Notes: generated from the sequence alone by a model not told the origin. Positions 23,804 through 38,600 are shown, counted from the first letter of the whole stretch. The stretch is 62,573 nucleotides of DNA, filler included, from Intoshia linei (GCA_001642005.1; 6 parts of 6 records of this genome joined end to end with filler, not necessarily neighbours in it), one strand, 5' to 3'. A program made the numbers and translations.

Positions 23804-24062
23804 CAGGGCTTCTCACACTTTTTAACTTACGACCCCTTTTCATCTAATAAAATTATTCGTGAAATTATTGTTTATCAAAATAATATACATGTTATACATA
23901 ACATACTTTGAATTCAAATGTCTTATTAGTTTTGGTGGCTTCATACTTTCGTTTGCTAAAATTTAATTGCATTTTAAATTTTAATTTAAATTTTTTACTT
24001 CAAGTTTAAAAAAACAATAATGTTAATAAATTTTCTTGCAACCTCTAATTTGAAAAGCCCTG
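23804..24062. mobile_element. hAT MITE with perfect 8-bp TSD
   Basis: TIRs CAGGGCTTCTCA and TGAAAAGCCCTG. TSD GTCCAAAT on both sides. Confidence 0.9.
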
Positions 24063-24326
24063 GTCCAAATGATTGCATTATAATTTATAATGCAATCATT
24101 ATTGTGTAAGGCATTTCGAAAAGTACTTAATTAGTACTTATAAAATCTGCACACTTTAACTTAACAACTAATTATACATATATGTATAACATATTGCAAT
24201 TTGCAATGCTTTTAGTACTAAAATACTGTACTACAAATGTATTTGAAAATTTTACAAATAAACATCCAAGTCATGGAAATGATAATATCGTTTCAATAAA
24301 ATATATTTTAATTTGAGTACTGGAGA

Positions 24327-25267
24327 ATGAGTGAAACAATACATGCAAAACCAAAATTGAAACAATTGATAACTACCCTATGTATTTCTGCCGTAAACAG
24401 AAATTCGATCACTCCTATACCCGATTTACGCCCTTCGTTGAGTAATTACGGAATAGTCAACAGTAAGTAAAAGTAGAATTATGTTAAATTTTTTAGATAT
24501 AAAAGTAATTGAAGGAAATGTTTTTGCCTACATGGCAAACGAATTTGAATGTTTAAAAGTAATCAAAGCGCTAGATAAAAGTCGACTTGGTGGATTAGAA
24601 ATTGGTTTCAATTTTAATTTAAAAATTAACGATTTCAATAGAAATGGCATTTGCCTTCCATAGATCTCAACAACATTCAATGTTTTTGCGTAAGCATAAT
24701 CCAGATTTTCTAAAATTGTGTGCTGAGCACATTGAGTAAGTTTTTTTAGATTTTAGTCATCCCATTTAGTATGAAACTCAAGTATAAAATTCTGAAACGC
24801 AAGGAACTGTACGTGATTACTTTACATTGAAATAATTCTTATTTAGTGAAGGTGCGCTACCGTCTATTGATGATTTGGTTAATGAACATTTTAATAAAAA
24901 ATCGTAAGTGTAATTTAAAATGTCTATTAAATTATTTTAGAAAATCAGTGTGCTTTGACAATTTTGAGTGTGTTTTAGTATCTATCGGTCCAGATACAAG
25001 GTTGCTATAATTGATTATTACATCTTTTAAATACATGTAATTTATTTATATTTAATTTTAGAGACTATGAATTGGCAATGATTAAAAATATCAAGACTAT
25101 TGGTATAAAATATACTGTTGAGCACATTAATAATGATGCTAGTTTAATCACAAATTTGATTGACGAAGCTGTGCGTTCCAGTGTGCACTTTGTTATAGCC
25201 ATTGATAAGAATAATGAAAATTTCAAATCCATGACATTGTACTTACTTAGCAAAGAACAGAGACAAG
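24327..25267 (+). CDS. NCOA5: NCOA5/Neosin-like protein (degenerate RRM plus anticodon-binding-like domain); last exon not found
   Basis: Seven short exons splice in frame: RRM-like LSNYGIVNNIKVIEGNVFAYMANEFECLKVIKALDKSRLGGLEIEM, then FECVLVSIGPDTRDYELAMIKNIKTIGI...IDEAVRSSVHFVIAIDKNNENFKSMTLYLL, resembling the NCOA5 core. Confidence 0.6.
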
Positions 25268-25588
25268 GTTATTTATAATACACATTTTATAGTATACTAG
25301 GTTGACTGTTATGTACTACTTACAAACAGCACCTAGTTCTACTGAGGGCACATTTTTATTATACCGAAAAAATTTAACTTAAAAATCATACTATTCACTA
25401 TTATCAATCCTTTAAAGGAGTGGTTCTCAAACTTGTTTCAGGTGGAACCGTCATTTTGTTTTGTTAACAATTGTTATCTCATTTTTTTAATTTATTAGAC
25501 AGAATGGATGAAATGCGATGTAACATAATTATGTCGATATTAGTAAGATGACTTGCATTATGCGACTTATATTGAATTATGTAGAGAT

Positions 25589-26560
25589 CAGGGTTGGGTA
25601 AAACCATATATTTATCCAAAAAAATCATGGTTTTATGGTTTTTCTGTAAATACAAAATAGTTATATAAAACCAGACACAATAATTAGAATAACCTTATTC
25701 GTAACATTATTACATAACGTTATTTGCTACTATGCAATTCACCATTGAATTCGTCGTCTCTTGCTATAAAATACATTAGTATAATTATAAATATTTAATT
25801 TTACCTTCATTAATATCCTTTAAACCTTCATAATCATAATCACCATCAAAAACACCTTCAATCTCAGAAACAACTTCACCATCAAAAACACTATCACCCT
25901 GTTCATTATCATGTACAATAACATGCTTTTTTTTGATATTCATATAATTCTGGGTTGAGTGCTGCAAAATTTGTCTTTATAAACACTAATTTTCTAACTC
26001 ATTTTCTAGTCGATTTCTTAATTTACTATGTACAAATCCGAACTGCGAAAAATTCCTCTCGCTTGATGCGGATGAAACGACCATTGAGAAAATATTCATA
26101 GATAATTCCCTCAATATTGGCCACTTCAATCCGTCGGTAATCCAGAACTCAAAAAAGCTTTTTTTTCCTTTTTTCAGCATTTCAAAGTTAATCGATCCTT
26201 TCTATAGCTCTGCTTCTTGTATACAATTTACCGAAAAGTTAGTGTATTCTAAAAAGGTATAATTATTATAAAGCGGGATAAGGTATTTTCTAATGTCGGG
26301 ACATTTTTTTGGTTGAGAATTTGTAAAAAAAATAGGCATCTTGCTTTCCTCTAATTCCATCATCCATTTTTTGAATTTACTACACTTTAACAGGTGCCTT
26401 ACACATATTTCGGACTTTTTCCAAGTATGTATTTTTTTTCGCAATATTTACAAATGACGAACAATGTTACATTGGCATCCTCATTTTCGGATATGTAAGA
26501 CCATACTTCTACCTTACTTCGGCCAAATTTCGTTTTTTTAATTGGTGGACTGCTCATCTG
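25589..26560 (-). mobile_element. Internally deleted hAT element (BED zinc finger joined to hATC dimerisation domain)
   Basis: VWSYI...ICKYCEKKIHTWKKSEICVRHLLKC (BED finger) and FWITDGLKWPILRELSMNIFSMVVSSASSERNFSQFGFVHSKLRNRL (hATC). TIR-like CAGGGTTGGGTAAAACC at 25589. Confidence 0.85.
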
Positions 26561-26789
26561 GAAAATAAAAAGAACTAATTTTATTTTTTTAAAAATTTTT
26601 AAGGGATGTTTCGATATTGTTTTCTCATTTTATATCGAACATACTCTTCTCTAGATTTTAGGGTTCGACTATTATTTTGCCGTTTTTGTAATGATATAAG
26701 CCCGAGGTCATAGATTATGTCATTATCTGTTAACTGAGTTGGTGATATGATCTCATTTGTTAACGAAACGCAAATATCGAAATCGACAT

Positions 26790-27170
26790 TAAATAGTCAT
26801 GTTCACTACCCAAAAAAGCATCCTGAGAAAATAACGCATAGTGAGGTGGAGTGGTCATTACAGCTACCACTTTTTTCAAAGCATTCATCTTATTCTTACA
26901 ATCGTACATCTTTTTGGCATTTAATTCTACCCCGTGTGATCTAAATTGTCAATAATATAAGTAAAATTAATAGTATAATACTTAAACATCTTTAGAGAAG
27001 TGCTATCTACGGCCAGTCCTATAAATGAGAAATTCCCATCAAGTTTTTGTGGTCGTTTCTTGTTATTCCACCATTTTTCGGACAAAAGTTCCGAAAATGG
27101 AATTCTTATTCTTTCTATTGTTTTTTGAATTAAATTCGCATTAATTCCATCCATTCCATAAAGCCTTCCA
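26790..27170 (-). mobile_element. PIF/Harbinger-like (DDE_Tnp_4) transposase fragment
   Basis: IGLAVDSTSL ... AKKMYDCKNKMNALKKVVAV...FLGSEHD resembles the DxT / YxxKxxxxxxK / GSxHD pattern. Confidence 0.55.
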
Positions 27171-27268
27171 TGATATTAAATAAAATATTTATTAAAGCTT
27201 AATGGAAATCAATGAACTGTTTAAATCTTTATTATATTACAATATCCAATTAATTTTATATTATTTTT

Positions 27269-27604
27269 TTATCTTGCTAAAATATTCCCATATTTTGTTT
27301 GTTTTTTTTTATTAGCGATTTGAATGTGAATCTTTGTTTCAATAGAATAAATATCATTTACAGCATTAGGACAAATTTTTGTTGTCATTATTTTAATTTC
27401 TTCAAGTAAAATTAAATACTTTGAATATTGTGAATAAGTTGTTTCTTCTGAAAATTTGGTATTATCTATATTTGACTCTTCGTCACTGTTTTCTATTAAA
27501 AATTCTTCCATTTCATCTTCCAAGTTAGTATCATTGATTTTTTCAAATTCTTTTAAACCAGATATATCAATAACGTCGTAATTGTACGAGCTTAGTTCAT
27601 CTAA
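27269..27604 (-). mobile_element. Probable pogo/Tigger transposase acidic C-terminal tail
   Basis: Acidic stretch ending KKKQTK, typical of Tigger C-termini. Truncated at the contig end. Confidence 0.45.
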
Positions 27605-29137
27605 NNNNNNNNNNNNNNNNNNNNNNNNNNNNNNNNNNNNNNNNNNNNTTAATTAATTAANNNNNNNNNNNNNNNNNNNNNNNNNNNNNNNNNNNNNNNN
27701 NNNNTTAGTAATTCGTTGTTGTAGTTTTAATTTAAATTTTAAACAAAATGTTTTAAAAATGAAAATTTGAGATTGAAAAATTGCGTAGCAATGAAAAAAA
27801 TGAAGGAATGAATTATATAGATTTTTACCTATATTTCTTTATTGGAAATGTGTAGACGTTCAATGCACAGATTTTTTGAAATTGTAGGATCAATATTTAA
27901 ATTTTCAATTTTTATTTTAATCGAGATATTTGAAAAATACTGGTTGATAATATATTAAAAATTATTTTTCATCGGAAATGCGTAGATTTCTCGGGTTGAA
28001 CTTTTGTATTTATATCAACTGGAATAAGCTCTATCAGCCTAATTTTTTTTTTTAATTTTCGGAAGGTTAATTATTCCACATTTTTTGTTTTAATAAAATA
28101 TTTAGGAAAAAAATATATGAATATTAAAATGCTTTTTTGACCGTGAAGTCGTCACTTATTCTGATTGAAATTTTTTGTGTGTGTTAACAGGATACAACTG
28201 TACCACCTGTAAATTTTACATTTTAGGGCTGTTTTCATTGAAAAAGAAGGGTCATTTGGGTTTTTGGCTCTAAAGATTTAAATTTATGATGATGTTTATG
28301 ATGTTAAAATCCGTATCGAATATATATACAGCGTATATATTTTTTTAAATGCTCCAACTTGTTTGATTTTCAAAAAAAGGACAATTAGGGTTTTTGACCC
28401 GTAAGATGTGAGTTTGGGAGGTTGAAATTTAGTTTGCGAACACTCCCGGAAAAAACTGTATTTGAAATGTGAACTTTATAAAATTTTAAGACAGGTAGTT
28501 ATTTAATTAAAGTTGAACACATACACAAACAAAAATAGCGTAGCATATTATATAAGTAAGGATAATTTAACCATTTTCTCTTAAGCCAATTTTTAATAAT
28601 AAATAATAATTTTAGTAAAATTTTTTTACATTGTAGACTATGGGTTCTTAACCTTGTCTTAACGAAGGGCTAAAAGTTTTTTTAAAACATCACTTTACAG
28701 TTTAAATTTAAGCTAATCAAATCTAACATTGTAACAAGTATAAATTTCATAGTTTGGGGTAATTTAAAATTTAACTGATAAAACAAACTTTTTTCAACAA
28801 TATCAATTATTTTTGTTACCGCATTGGAAATCATATTTTATGGGAATGTAATTTTATTTTATTTTTGTATGCCAAAGTGGAAAAAAGTTAACAACTCATG
28901 ATGTAGACCAGGGTTCTCAAAATAGGCGATTTTGAAAAATAATAAAAACAGAAAATAATAAAAAGAAAGATAAACAGTGACACAGTAATAAATATATTTT
29001 TTAATATTAACATACAGTGTAGTAAAGAATTATTTACTCATTTATTAATATGCCCATAACTTTTGACTGAATGAAGATATTTCAAAATATTGTATATCAT
29101 TCAACAAGAAAATACTACACCCGTATTCTTATCAGTA

Positions 29138-30450
29138 CAGTTTTCCATTTTTCATTCTTAATTGATCACCATTTAATTAATTAAATTCACATACATTTTT
29201 TTTGATAAACAAGTATTTACTTAATAATAAATAAACAATTTATTTACCAATTTTAAGTCTCACAATGTTTTCCTTTTGCTTTGTAGAGTTTTAATGATCT
29301 CTTTTTGAAACTTAATCCAAGCTTTTGGCAAATATCATCGTTTGTTTCATACCAATACTTTTCTATTAAAGTTTTTAGTTTTTGTAAATTATTTGGCTGG
29401 GTACATGCTATTTTTTACTTAATAATGTACCAAAGATTTTCAATTGGTTTCATATCCGGTGATTGCGAAGGCCATGACAATAATTGAATGACATGGTGGT
29501 GAAAAAATTGTTTTGCAAGTTTTGATGTGTTTTTGAGATCGTTGTCTTGCTGCAAAATATATGTGTCCAGGCCCATTTTTTCTACTGATGCAAATAAGTT
29601 GCGAGAGAAAATGTCACAGTAATCAATTTCATGCATTCTTTTATCAATGAAATGGATTTTCCCAATTCCTGCATATTAAAAACAACCAGAAACCATCAAT
29701 GAACCACTTCCAAAGTTTTTTGTAAAATTTATATTTTTTCAAAAAAACTTTAATTAAGTTTTCTCCATATTTGAACATTTCTATCAGCATGTATTAGGTT
29801 AAATTTGCTAATCTCTCTGAATTTGCTCTCATCACTAAAAATAATTGTTTTAATAGTAGATTTTGCCATAAAAACATATTTCTTGTTTTCAATGAATCTA
29901 CTATTGATATGTCTAGGTTCTAATTTTTGACTTGATATAGGTTTATATGCATGAATGCCTAAACTATTTCTATAATTTCTAACTGAATTATAAGAAACAT
30001 TGATATTGAATTTTTCTTCCACTTTTTTCGACATCTTTCGAGAAGAAATTCTACTATTATTTAAAGTTTCAGTTTCAATGTAGTTTAATAATGTCGAATT
30101 AGCTTTTATGGGTCTTCCAGATCTTTTTAAAGTTTTAGTAGCACCAGTTTATTTAAATTTTTTGACTATATTGCTAACAGTTTTTTGGGATACATCTATT
30201 TTTTTAGCAATTTCCCTACCTGAATAACCCTCTTTGTGGTAACTAATTATCATACCTCGTTTGAAATCACTTGTACTTTTGACCATGCCGGATGAACGTA
30301 ATTATATTTGAATCAAAATTTAAAATTAAAGTAAGTTTTTGTCCAAATTTAAACTTTTTAATAATGAGTAAATATTTGTTTATCATAAAATATTTCTGTA
30401 AATTTAATTAATTAAATGGTGATCAATTAAGAATGAAAAAGGGAAAACTA
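29138..30450 (-). mobile_element. Tc1-family transposon with long TIRs and pseudogenised transposase (30286 to ~29260)
   Basis: TIRs of about 85 bp at 29138-29222 and 30364-30450. HTH GYSGREIAKKIDVSQKTV, RSGRP, IFSDES, LQQDND and SPDMKPIENLW. In-frame stops and frameshifts are present. Confidence 0.92.
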
Positions 30451-30788
30451 TAGCAATTATTAACCTCATTAATCATGATGGTAAAAATACATTGGGATGC
30501 TTACCCGATTCTAAATATGAGATGCATTAGTCTTTATGTTTTTTACATTTAATACAATTTACATATTATTCACCTTGTGATATTTCATTTTTTTGTAACT
30601 ATATAGTCACACTGGAGCAAATGGGTTAATTATAATAATAAAATTTAGGCTTCGGAGTGTATAGTGCAATGGAAAACTTTACAGACATGTTGATGAAAGA
30701 AAAATCAATAAACAGCAAAAAAAAACAAAAAACACTAAAAAATGTTTAATAAAACAATATAAAATGTAAATAAATGTGAATTTTACAA

Positions 30789-33008
30789 TTATTCCAGAGT
30801 TTTACAACATTTGTGAGGGTCTATAAGTAATTTACAAAATTTTTCGATATTTTCTTGTCCACGGACTTCTTCTTCCAATAACGGTAATAAAGTCAAATGG
30901 AAATCATCATATAAATCAATAATCTAAATCTGAAATTGAATTAATATTATGAAAGCTGTAAGTTACACGTCAATGACGAAAATAGCCCAGTTCAAACGAA
31001 AACTACCAGACAAATTTTTAATTCAATCAAACATCTAATTAACATCAATTACCATCAAAAAGTAAAAAAAATAAACATTTAATAGTGTAGTCACAAATAT
31101 AATACAGTACAACCGATTATGTTCCCCATACACCCGGTAGTCGTTATCATAAGTAGTAGATTTATGAGAAGATAATAAAACACTCATCAACCGTATTCAA
31201 TTAAATTAAAACCTCATCAAGATATTTCTTTTGCATTCTTCGACGTGAAATGCACATTTTACAGGAACATTCTTCAAGTAACAATTGATTGACAACTACG
31301 TTATTAATATTGATATTGTTCTTATTCAATTTTTGAACAAGTCTTTCAGTTTCAAATAACGATAAAAACTCTGAAATGCATACACAGACAAAAGTGGTTA
31401 AATCCTATAAAATAAAAATACATCAAACAGAATTTAAATAAAAATTACAGCATTTTCAAATTCAGATTTAACTAGGCGGATATTTGGTAGTAAATTTGTA
31501 ATTTTATTAGTTAACGTGTTTTGAATATTAGAATTTACACCTATCACGCCTCCAAGAGATCCCATTATACCACCAATTTGTGAATCTATTGATGTGAAAG
31601 TTGACTCCATTACTGATGGTAAAGTCAACAGTCGTAATGTATGCCCGGTTGGAGCCGTATCGAATACTACTATAGAATAGTTCATACTTCTTACAAGTCT
31701 AATTAATATAATTTAAAATTTAAATTTAATAAACGAATTAATAGTGCAGAATAAAACCAGGGATGAATTAATTTATTGAAACGCAGTTTGTTCGAAATTG
31801 TTGTTTTGGATTACCCAGTCATAGTCAATAAAAAATGCGTAGTAATTGACAATTATAATTTTTTGAAAAAATACATTTTACCAGGGGTAACAAATGAAAT
31901 CATAGAGCACACCCTCCTCTAAAAGGGTATACTTTATATAGATTACTTTAAACAATTACTTCATAACTTCCATATATGCCATTGCTTCATCGACGCCAGG
32001 AAATTGAGAAAAAAGTTTTGATATACCACCATTTTTAAATAATTTGACTACATTAAAAAATGCATTGGAGTCTAAATTTTAAATTTATACAAAATTGACA
32101 CATTAAAATTTAAATAAAAGGAGAGGATCCCAAACTTTTTTTACCATGTAATATTATTTTTCGCGCACCACTTAGAATCTAATTAGTAATTAATAAGAAA
32201 ACACCAAAATACACTTAATTACTATAATACTCTTTACTTACTTATATAGTAATTTAACATTTAACTTTTCAAATTTTTTCTACCGACAGTCAATTTTTTA
32301 TAATAAGTAGTGGCGGACGCGGGTCTAATGGGGCACTACTGCTTCAAAATAAAATTACTATCTTCAGATTCTTCTTCTTCGAAAAAATTTGGCATTTCCG
32401 TCATTTTTAAAGAAGGGTCAATTTCCTATATAAAAAAATATTGAAAATTTATAATGATAAAAAGAATATTAAAATGTACCATTGCTTCTAAATTTGAATA
32501 ATTCTCCAATTTGGTAGGAATGTGACCAATTTTTTGAGCAAAAAAGTCTGATAAATTGTGTGCCGGGTCTGTAGAAATTAATAATACTTTTTCGCGGTTT
32601 TTTGCCAAGTTTATAGCAAGACAACAACTAAAAATATTTGAATATTAATGTTGAAATTTTAGTAGGATAATTCATACAAATTTTTTATTTCAAATAACGT
32701 TGATACAGTTGGTATACGATAATTTTCAAAAGTTTTAAAGATTTTAAATTTTAGTTGAAAAGAAAAAAATTTTTAATATGTTAAATATTATAGCCAATTT
32801 TGCTGCATAATCTCTGGGTCATCCTTTGTACACTAATATAATCAAACGTTTTCATAGCTTTGAAAATTAAATAATTACAAATGAATAAATTATACCTTAC
32901 AGTCGTTTTTCCTACACCTCCTTTACCACCGACAAATACCCATTTTAATGATTTTTTGTCTATTATATTTTTTAAACTTGGTTCATATTCAGATTCCAGT
33001 TGAGTCAT
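30789..33008 (-). CDS. ASNA1: GET3/ASNA1 (TRC40) tail-anchored protein insertion ATPase, multi-exon
   Basis: [68 protein letters not shown] and [10 protein letters not shown]. Confidence 0.95.
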
Positions 33009-33439
33009 AATTCAAATTACTTTTATGGGTAAAATTAACTTTATTGAAATTTGAAATTTATTACATTTGTTTGTTGTAATTTTATTTTTTTATTTACATT
33101 GTACAGTAGGGTATCAATTTTTTTTAATTGAAACGTGTAGCAAAAATATCAGTAAAATTATTTCAATTAAAAAATGCCGTTTAAATTTTATAAAAATAAT
33201 TAATATTGAATTCGCGGTGAGTATTTAAAGTTTTATTTATTATGAAGCTATATGTAATAAAAATAACCTTATTTTTAAATTACATTAATAATTTTTACCT
33301 TAAAAATCTTACTATTCACTATTATTAATCCTTTAAAGGAGTGGTTCCTAAGCTTGTTTCAGGTGGAACCGTCATATCACATTACTTTTTACTTAAAAGT
33401 TAATTATTCCATCTTAATTTTTTGTTTGTTAACATTTGC

Positions 33440-34320
33440 TTAAAAATTTTTAACTCTAACTGGAGAAGAACAGTGTATCCAAAATGTCAAATAGCCATGA
33501 ATTATGAATAAAATTAAGAACTTGATATCATTCGACATATCTAGTTGGAGAATATATAGTTTAAAACAGTAAATAATTTTGTTAATCCATCTTGCACCGC
33601 AAACAGAACCTGGCTTTAAAAGGTTAATATTTATATCGATATTTTTAGAATAAAAATAAACCACAACATTTGAAATATCATTTACCATTGTTTTAAATAT
33701 TTTATAATCTTCATTTGTTTGGAAATTTTTTTTTTCTGATTTTTTCGTGAGATATACCAACAAATCTGCAGCTCCCCGGAATGAAATATTTTTTTATCAC
33801 ATGACCGCCATGAAGATTTTTTTAGGTTAGAAGAATCAAAATAAGCTGTATCATCATCTGTAGTATAAATTCAGTCTTTGTTAGAATGTATGTGAGTGTA
33901 ATGTTTTTTATAAATTCCATTCTCTTTTGATTTGCTATAGCTTTTTTTCGATATCAATGCATTTTCTAATTGATTCTAAGTATGGATGATTTTTAGTAGT
34001 GGATGCCATTGAACCAATTCATGATTTTGAAAATTAAGGAATTCAATTATCCTCAAAATGTGACTTAGATTGATCATCTTTTGCGACTGAAAAAATATTA
34101 TCTATTTTATTACGATATACTTGAGCTCTAGGTAATGTTGAACTTCGTAGAATAGTTCGATATTCACCAAGCAATTTTTTGATTTTACATTCAATTGTAA
34201 TTAATGATGTTATATTTAAGCCAGTTTTAGTATAAATAGAAAAAACCTCTTTCGATACTTGTCGAAAAGGGCATACCTTCTTTGTTTCTTTTAACCATAA
34301 TAACCTCTGTAAATACATTT
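33440..34320 (-). mobile_element. Degenerate DNA-transposon transposase remnant (hATm-like)
   Basis: PGSVCGARWINKIIYCFKLYIL...FIIHGYLTFW resembles the PGAxHxARWMxKxIYxLK motif of invertebrate hAT-related transposases. The 33300-33375 flank is repeated at 25380-25455. Confidence 0.5.
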
Positions 34321-34689
34321 CTTACTGTATGTATTTTCCTAGGTCTGCCAAGTTCGATTTTTTAATTTATTATATAATTAATGTGTGATCTTTAAAATAA
34401 TCAAATAATTATTACAACCCTAAAAAATCATGAATCCCAGAAACAATTTTAAATATCTGTAGTCTATAGTTTTTTCTTCTATCATGCATTTCAGATGGAG
34501 GAGTGATATTCAAAGGTATTTCACCATGTTCAATTCACATCAATTAAATTACATTTATAGAACTATTTACATTGTATTAACCGTAAGGGTGAAAATTTGT
34601 GTAAAAAATTTAAAAAACATTTATGATGCGATTTACAAATTTTCGAAACACAAAAAAATGAATACTAAAGTGTTTCTTTGACCGTGACG

Positions 34690-35881
34690 TAGTGATTGTG
34701 CCGGGAAAAAACCTGGAAAAAATTCCCCGGGATTTCCCGAAAAAAATTGAGACATACCTGTATTTAATTTGTTTGTTATTACTATGAAAATATGATTATA
34801 TTATAATATTTAACGATGATTTATGATAAAAATGACACAGACAATGTTGACAAATATACATTAACAGTCGGAAGTGTGATATTTTGTTAATAAGTAAGCA
34901 TTTCATACAATACATAAGTCGTAATTATAAATGTGGATACCCCGACGAGATGGAACAGTATTGCAACTATGTTGAATCGATTCCTGAAAGTATTGGATTC
35001 AGTAATAACTGCTTTAAATGATCTAAACTTATCATTTATGTGGAATAATGGATTTTTAGATATAGCTATATATTTCTAATACTTTAAAACCGGTTAAGAT
35101 TGGTAACGAGGAATTGAGTAAGGCCGACATGAACTTATTAAAATCAGATGCTATCATTCAATTTATTTACAATGAATTACGAACAATTAATGGAGATCAT
35201 TCGATAAAATTACAGTTAAAGTTAAAAAGTGAAATAATGAAAAGGAGCAGCAAAGAACTCTTATTAAATTTCTACATGATTCAATCATTTTAGACTGAAA
35301 ACGACCTGCAATGATCTCCCTATGTGTACAAAAAGTGAAACATTAATATTTTGTAGATACCTTATAGATCGATTATTTAAAGATATTTATTCAGATCAAA
35401 AGATATGTGATGTAAAAAAATAGATATATTCGAAAGATTGGAAAGATCTATTTCTGATAGTATGAAGTCAAATAATATATTATCAAATTCTCACAATTTA
35501 TATGATGAATTCGATCGACATAAAAGAACTGGACGCTATCATCAAGATTGTTAAAATTAAAGGAAGCCCTTATGACCGTTCAACCTACGTCAACACAAAA
35601 TGAAAGAAATTTCTCTACTGCTTCTAATTTCGTTACAAAACGTAGAACGCGTTTAAAAGACGAATATATCAATATTATGTGTGTTTTGAAACACTTTTCA
35701 ACAATCTAAAATAAATAAATTTTTTTCTATTTAAATTTGTAAATTTCAATCTAGATTCGTGTTATTTTATTTATTAAATTTCTTTTTGTTTCTAAAATTT
35801 TTAATGATTCCATATTATATATGAATAAAAATTTTTTATTTTTCTCGACTTTTGTCATTTCCCGGAAAATCACAATCACTA
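34690..35881 (+). mobile_element. hAT element with transposase remnant, inserted into a Helitron-like repeat
   Basis: TIRs TAGTGATTGTG and CACAATCACTA. TSD CCGTGACG / CCATGAAG, each one mismatch from the host-repeat consensus CCGTGAAG. Motifs DTPTRWNS and VQPTSTQNERNFSTASNFVTKRRTRL. Confidence 0.88.
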
Positions 35882-38039
35882 CCATGAAGGCGTTACTTTG
35901 TCAGATTAAAATTTATTGGGTTTGTTAGCTGGATATAACTGTATCATTTTTTATTTTTTTTAAATTCTACCGTCTTTTCTGATTATAAGCAGACCCCTGA
36001 AATACAAATTTTCAGTGAAATTTTTAACTAAATAAAATTTGAATATAAGCAGTTTCTGCTTGTATTCGAAAGAAAGAACTTTAAACACAAAATAGACAAC
36101 ATATCAATTTATTTTTAAAAAATAACTTTCTTCATACAATAGAATGTCTAATTTATAAGTTTATACTAATTAGAAAAAAACTTTTAGTGTATTTTTTATA
36201 TTTTTCAAAGTCTGCTTAAAAGTCTGCTTGTTTTTGATTATAAGCATTTTTCCTTCTACTCTCGATTATAAGAAGTCTTCTTATATTCAAGAGAAAACAG
36301 TGGGGTTGTTTTCATTTTAAAAAAAAAATTGTAATCTGTGTTTTTGATTGTGACATTAAACTTTTTTGAGGTTGTAATTTATGATAATGCATATGAATTT
36401 AAAAACCATGTCAAAATTTATGTTATATAAAATTCTAGGACTTTTTCCATTTTGAAAAAAAAGATAATTTGAGGTTTTGGTCATGAAGATAATAGATTGG
36501 AATTCCAATTTATCACAATGTTGATGATTTTAAAATCTTTATCAGATTGTTTATTTTATATAATTCTAGGGCTCGTTTGAATTTAAAAAAAATAATAATT
36601 GGGTTTTTTGACCTTGAACGACTAAATTTTTGGAAATCAAACTTGCGCTATAACATGACCATCAAAAAATTGTCATATAAATATTACATTTTAAAACTCG
36701 ACTCCTTTTACTTTCTTAAATAAACTGGAACAAACAAATAAATAAACAGACATACATTTTTAACTAAACTACTTTATATAAGTAAGGAAATATTATGATT
36801 ACATTGACATTAAAAATGTATATACAGTTGTTATCTATTTCGCAGCGAAACTGTATTTTTTTTTGTTAGCAAAGCTATCATTATGAGTAAATCACCCATT
36901 TGATATTAAATGTATAATAATTCCAAATTATCTTTGATTTATGATTTTTTAATTATTATCTCACAAATGTAAATTTTTTTAAAGAACAAACTATACTTGT
37001 ATACGTCAACATTTTGATTCGTTTAATTAAAAATATCATTTATATTCATGCAATTTCAAATAATATCATGCAAAACAACTAATCCAGTTTGTAGTGTTAT
37101 TTGATAATTATTTCATTATAATGAAATAAAATATTTTATACCATGCAATTAAATTAAGACATGTTCAATTCATTACATTGCAATGCAATGTAACATGTAA
37201 CTACATATTACACATATATCTAGGACAGTGATTTCCAACCCATTTTGGTTGGCGACACACATTTCAATCTGAAAACGTTTTGCGACACACCAATCTAAAA
37301 ATATACTATTGATCCGTTGAAACGAAATTTTTTCTAATAATAATCTCAAAATAAATATAAAATTATTGCTTTACTATAGATTAAAAATAATCATATATGT
37401 AATGTTATGAAAAAAATGTATAAATTGAAAGAAGTATAAATAAAAAATTTGGAATAAATTTTAAGCTGAAAATATTATTTGTCATAATTAGGGCAATTTT
37501 TTTTTATCCTATAAAAATAAAAAAATTTAACTTACAAATCAAATTTCTTCAATCAAATCAAATCAAATCAAATCATATTTAACTCAATTAACTTTTGAAA
37601 AAAAAATTCACGTAGTGCTGTTTTTTCGTTAAATTTTTTTCTGAACAGTTATGAAATCTCTTATTCGCCATAATAATATTTCTGAGGCCTTGTCGGCTGC
37701 AGCACCGTTATATAAATTTTATAACATAATAGTATTGCTATTATTAGATAGTTCTGTTGTAGAACAAGCAGCGTTGTCTTATGTCCGTAAATAACAAATG
37801 CAGGGTTTCATAACCTTTTTTAAATTTAGTACCCGTTAGTCATATCCACTATTTCTAATACACCTGTAAAAATAGAAAAGTGGTCCACTAGATGCAAAAG
37901 GTTTCCGATCCCTAATTTAAGTCTTAATAAAGATGTATAAAAAGTGTATTATTTGTTGTAGTACAAAATCAAATATTTTTTAAAAAGTTTCTTTGTTTTG
38001 TTTTGTTTAATTATTTTTAATTGTATCATCAAGAGTATG

Positions 38040-38600
38040 AATGACCATTTTTCCGTTCATTTTACTTGTAATATTTTTACAATCAAATAATATTACATTC
38101 TGAGGTGTTTCTAATGTTCCGATCATTGTATTAATGTACTTACAAATATGTATATCCATTTAAATCAGTTTCGCCCATAATGATAAAGATTAATTAACAC
38201 AATAATTTTTTATTCTCTCCATTTCTTTCAAATACAAAGCATCAATTTTATTTCTATTTTCAGATGGCAAACTTATTCCCATTTTTTTAAATATTGTTCT
38301 TAACTTGACGTTATTTAACTTTTTAGAGGTATGTCCGCAGATAGAATGCTTCCTGCCATTTCTGTTACAGTCATTCGATGTTTTAATTGAACTTCCAATA
38401 CTGACAATATGGATAAAAATCTTATGTTTTGCTAATTTGCGGTGTAATTAAACAAAATTTAATTTTGTAAAAGTAAAATTGCAACATTTCATACAAAATA
38501 AATTGTCATTCATTGTAAATTCACTAGGATAAAGTTTTGTAATATTGTAAATTTTTTCATATTTAGATTTCGCATTTTTTGGTTGCTTAAAAAACATTAA
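38040..38600 (-). mobile_element. hAT-related (CGGBP-like) transposase remnant
   Basis: ILSADIPLKKLNNVKLRTIFKKMGISLPSE...FIIMGETD...NTMIGTL resembles the ADIPLxKLxN...PSE...DETTD pattern. Frameshifted. Confidence 0.6.
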
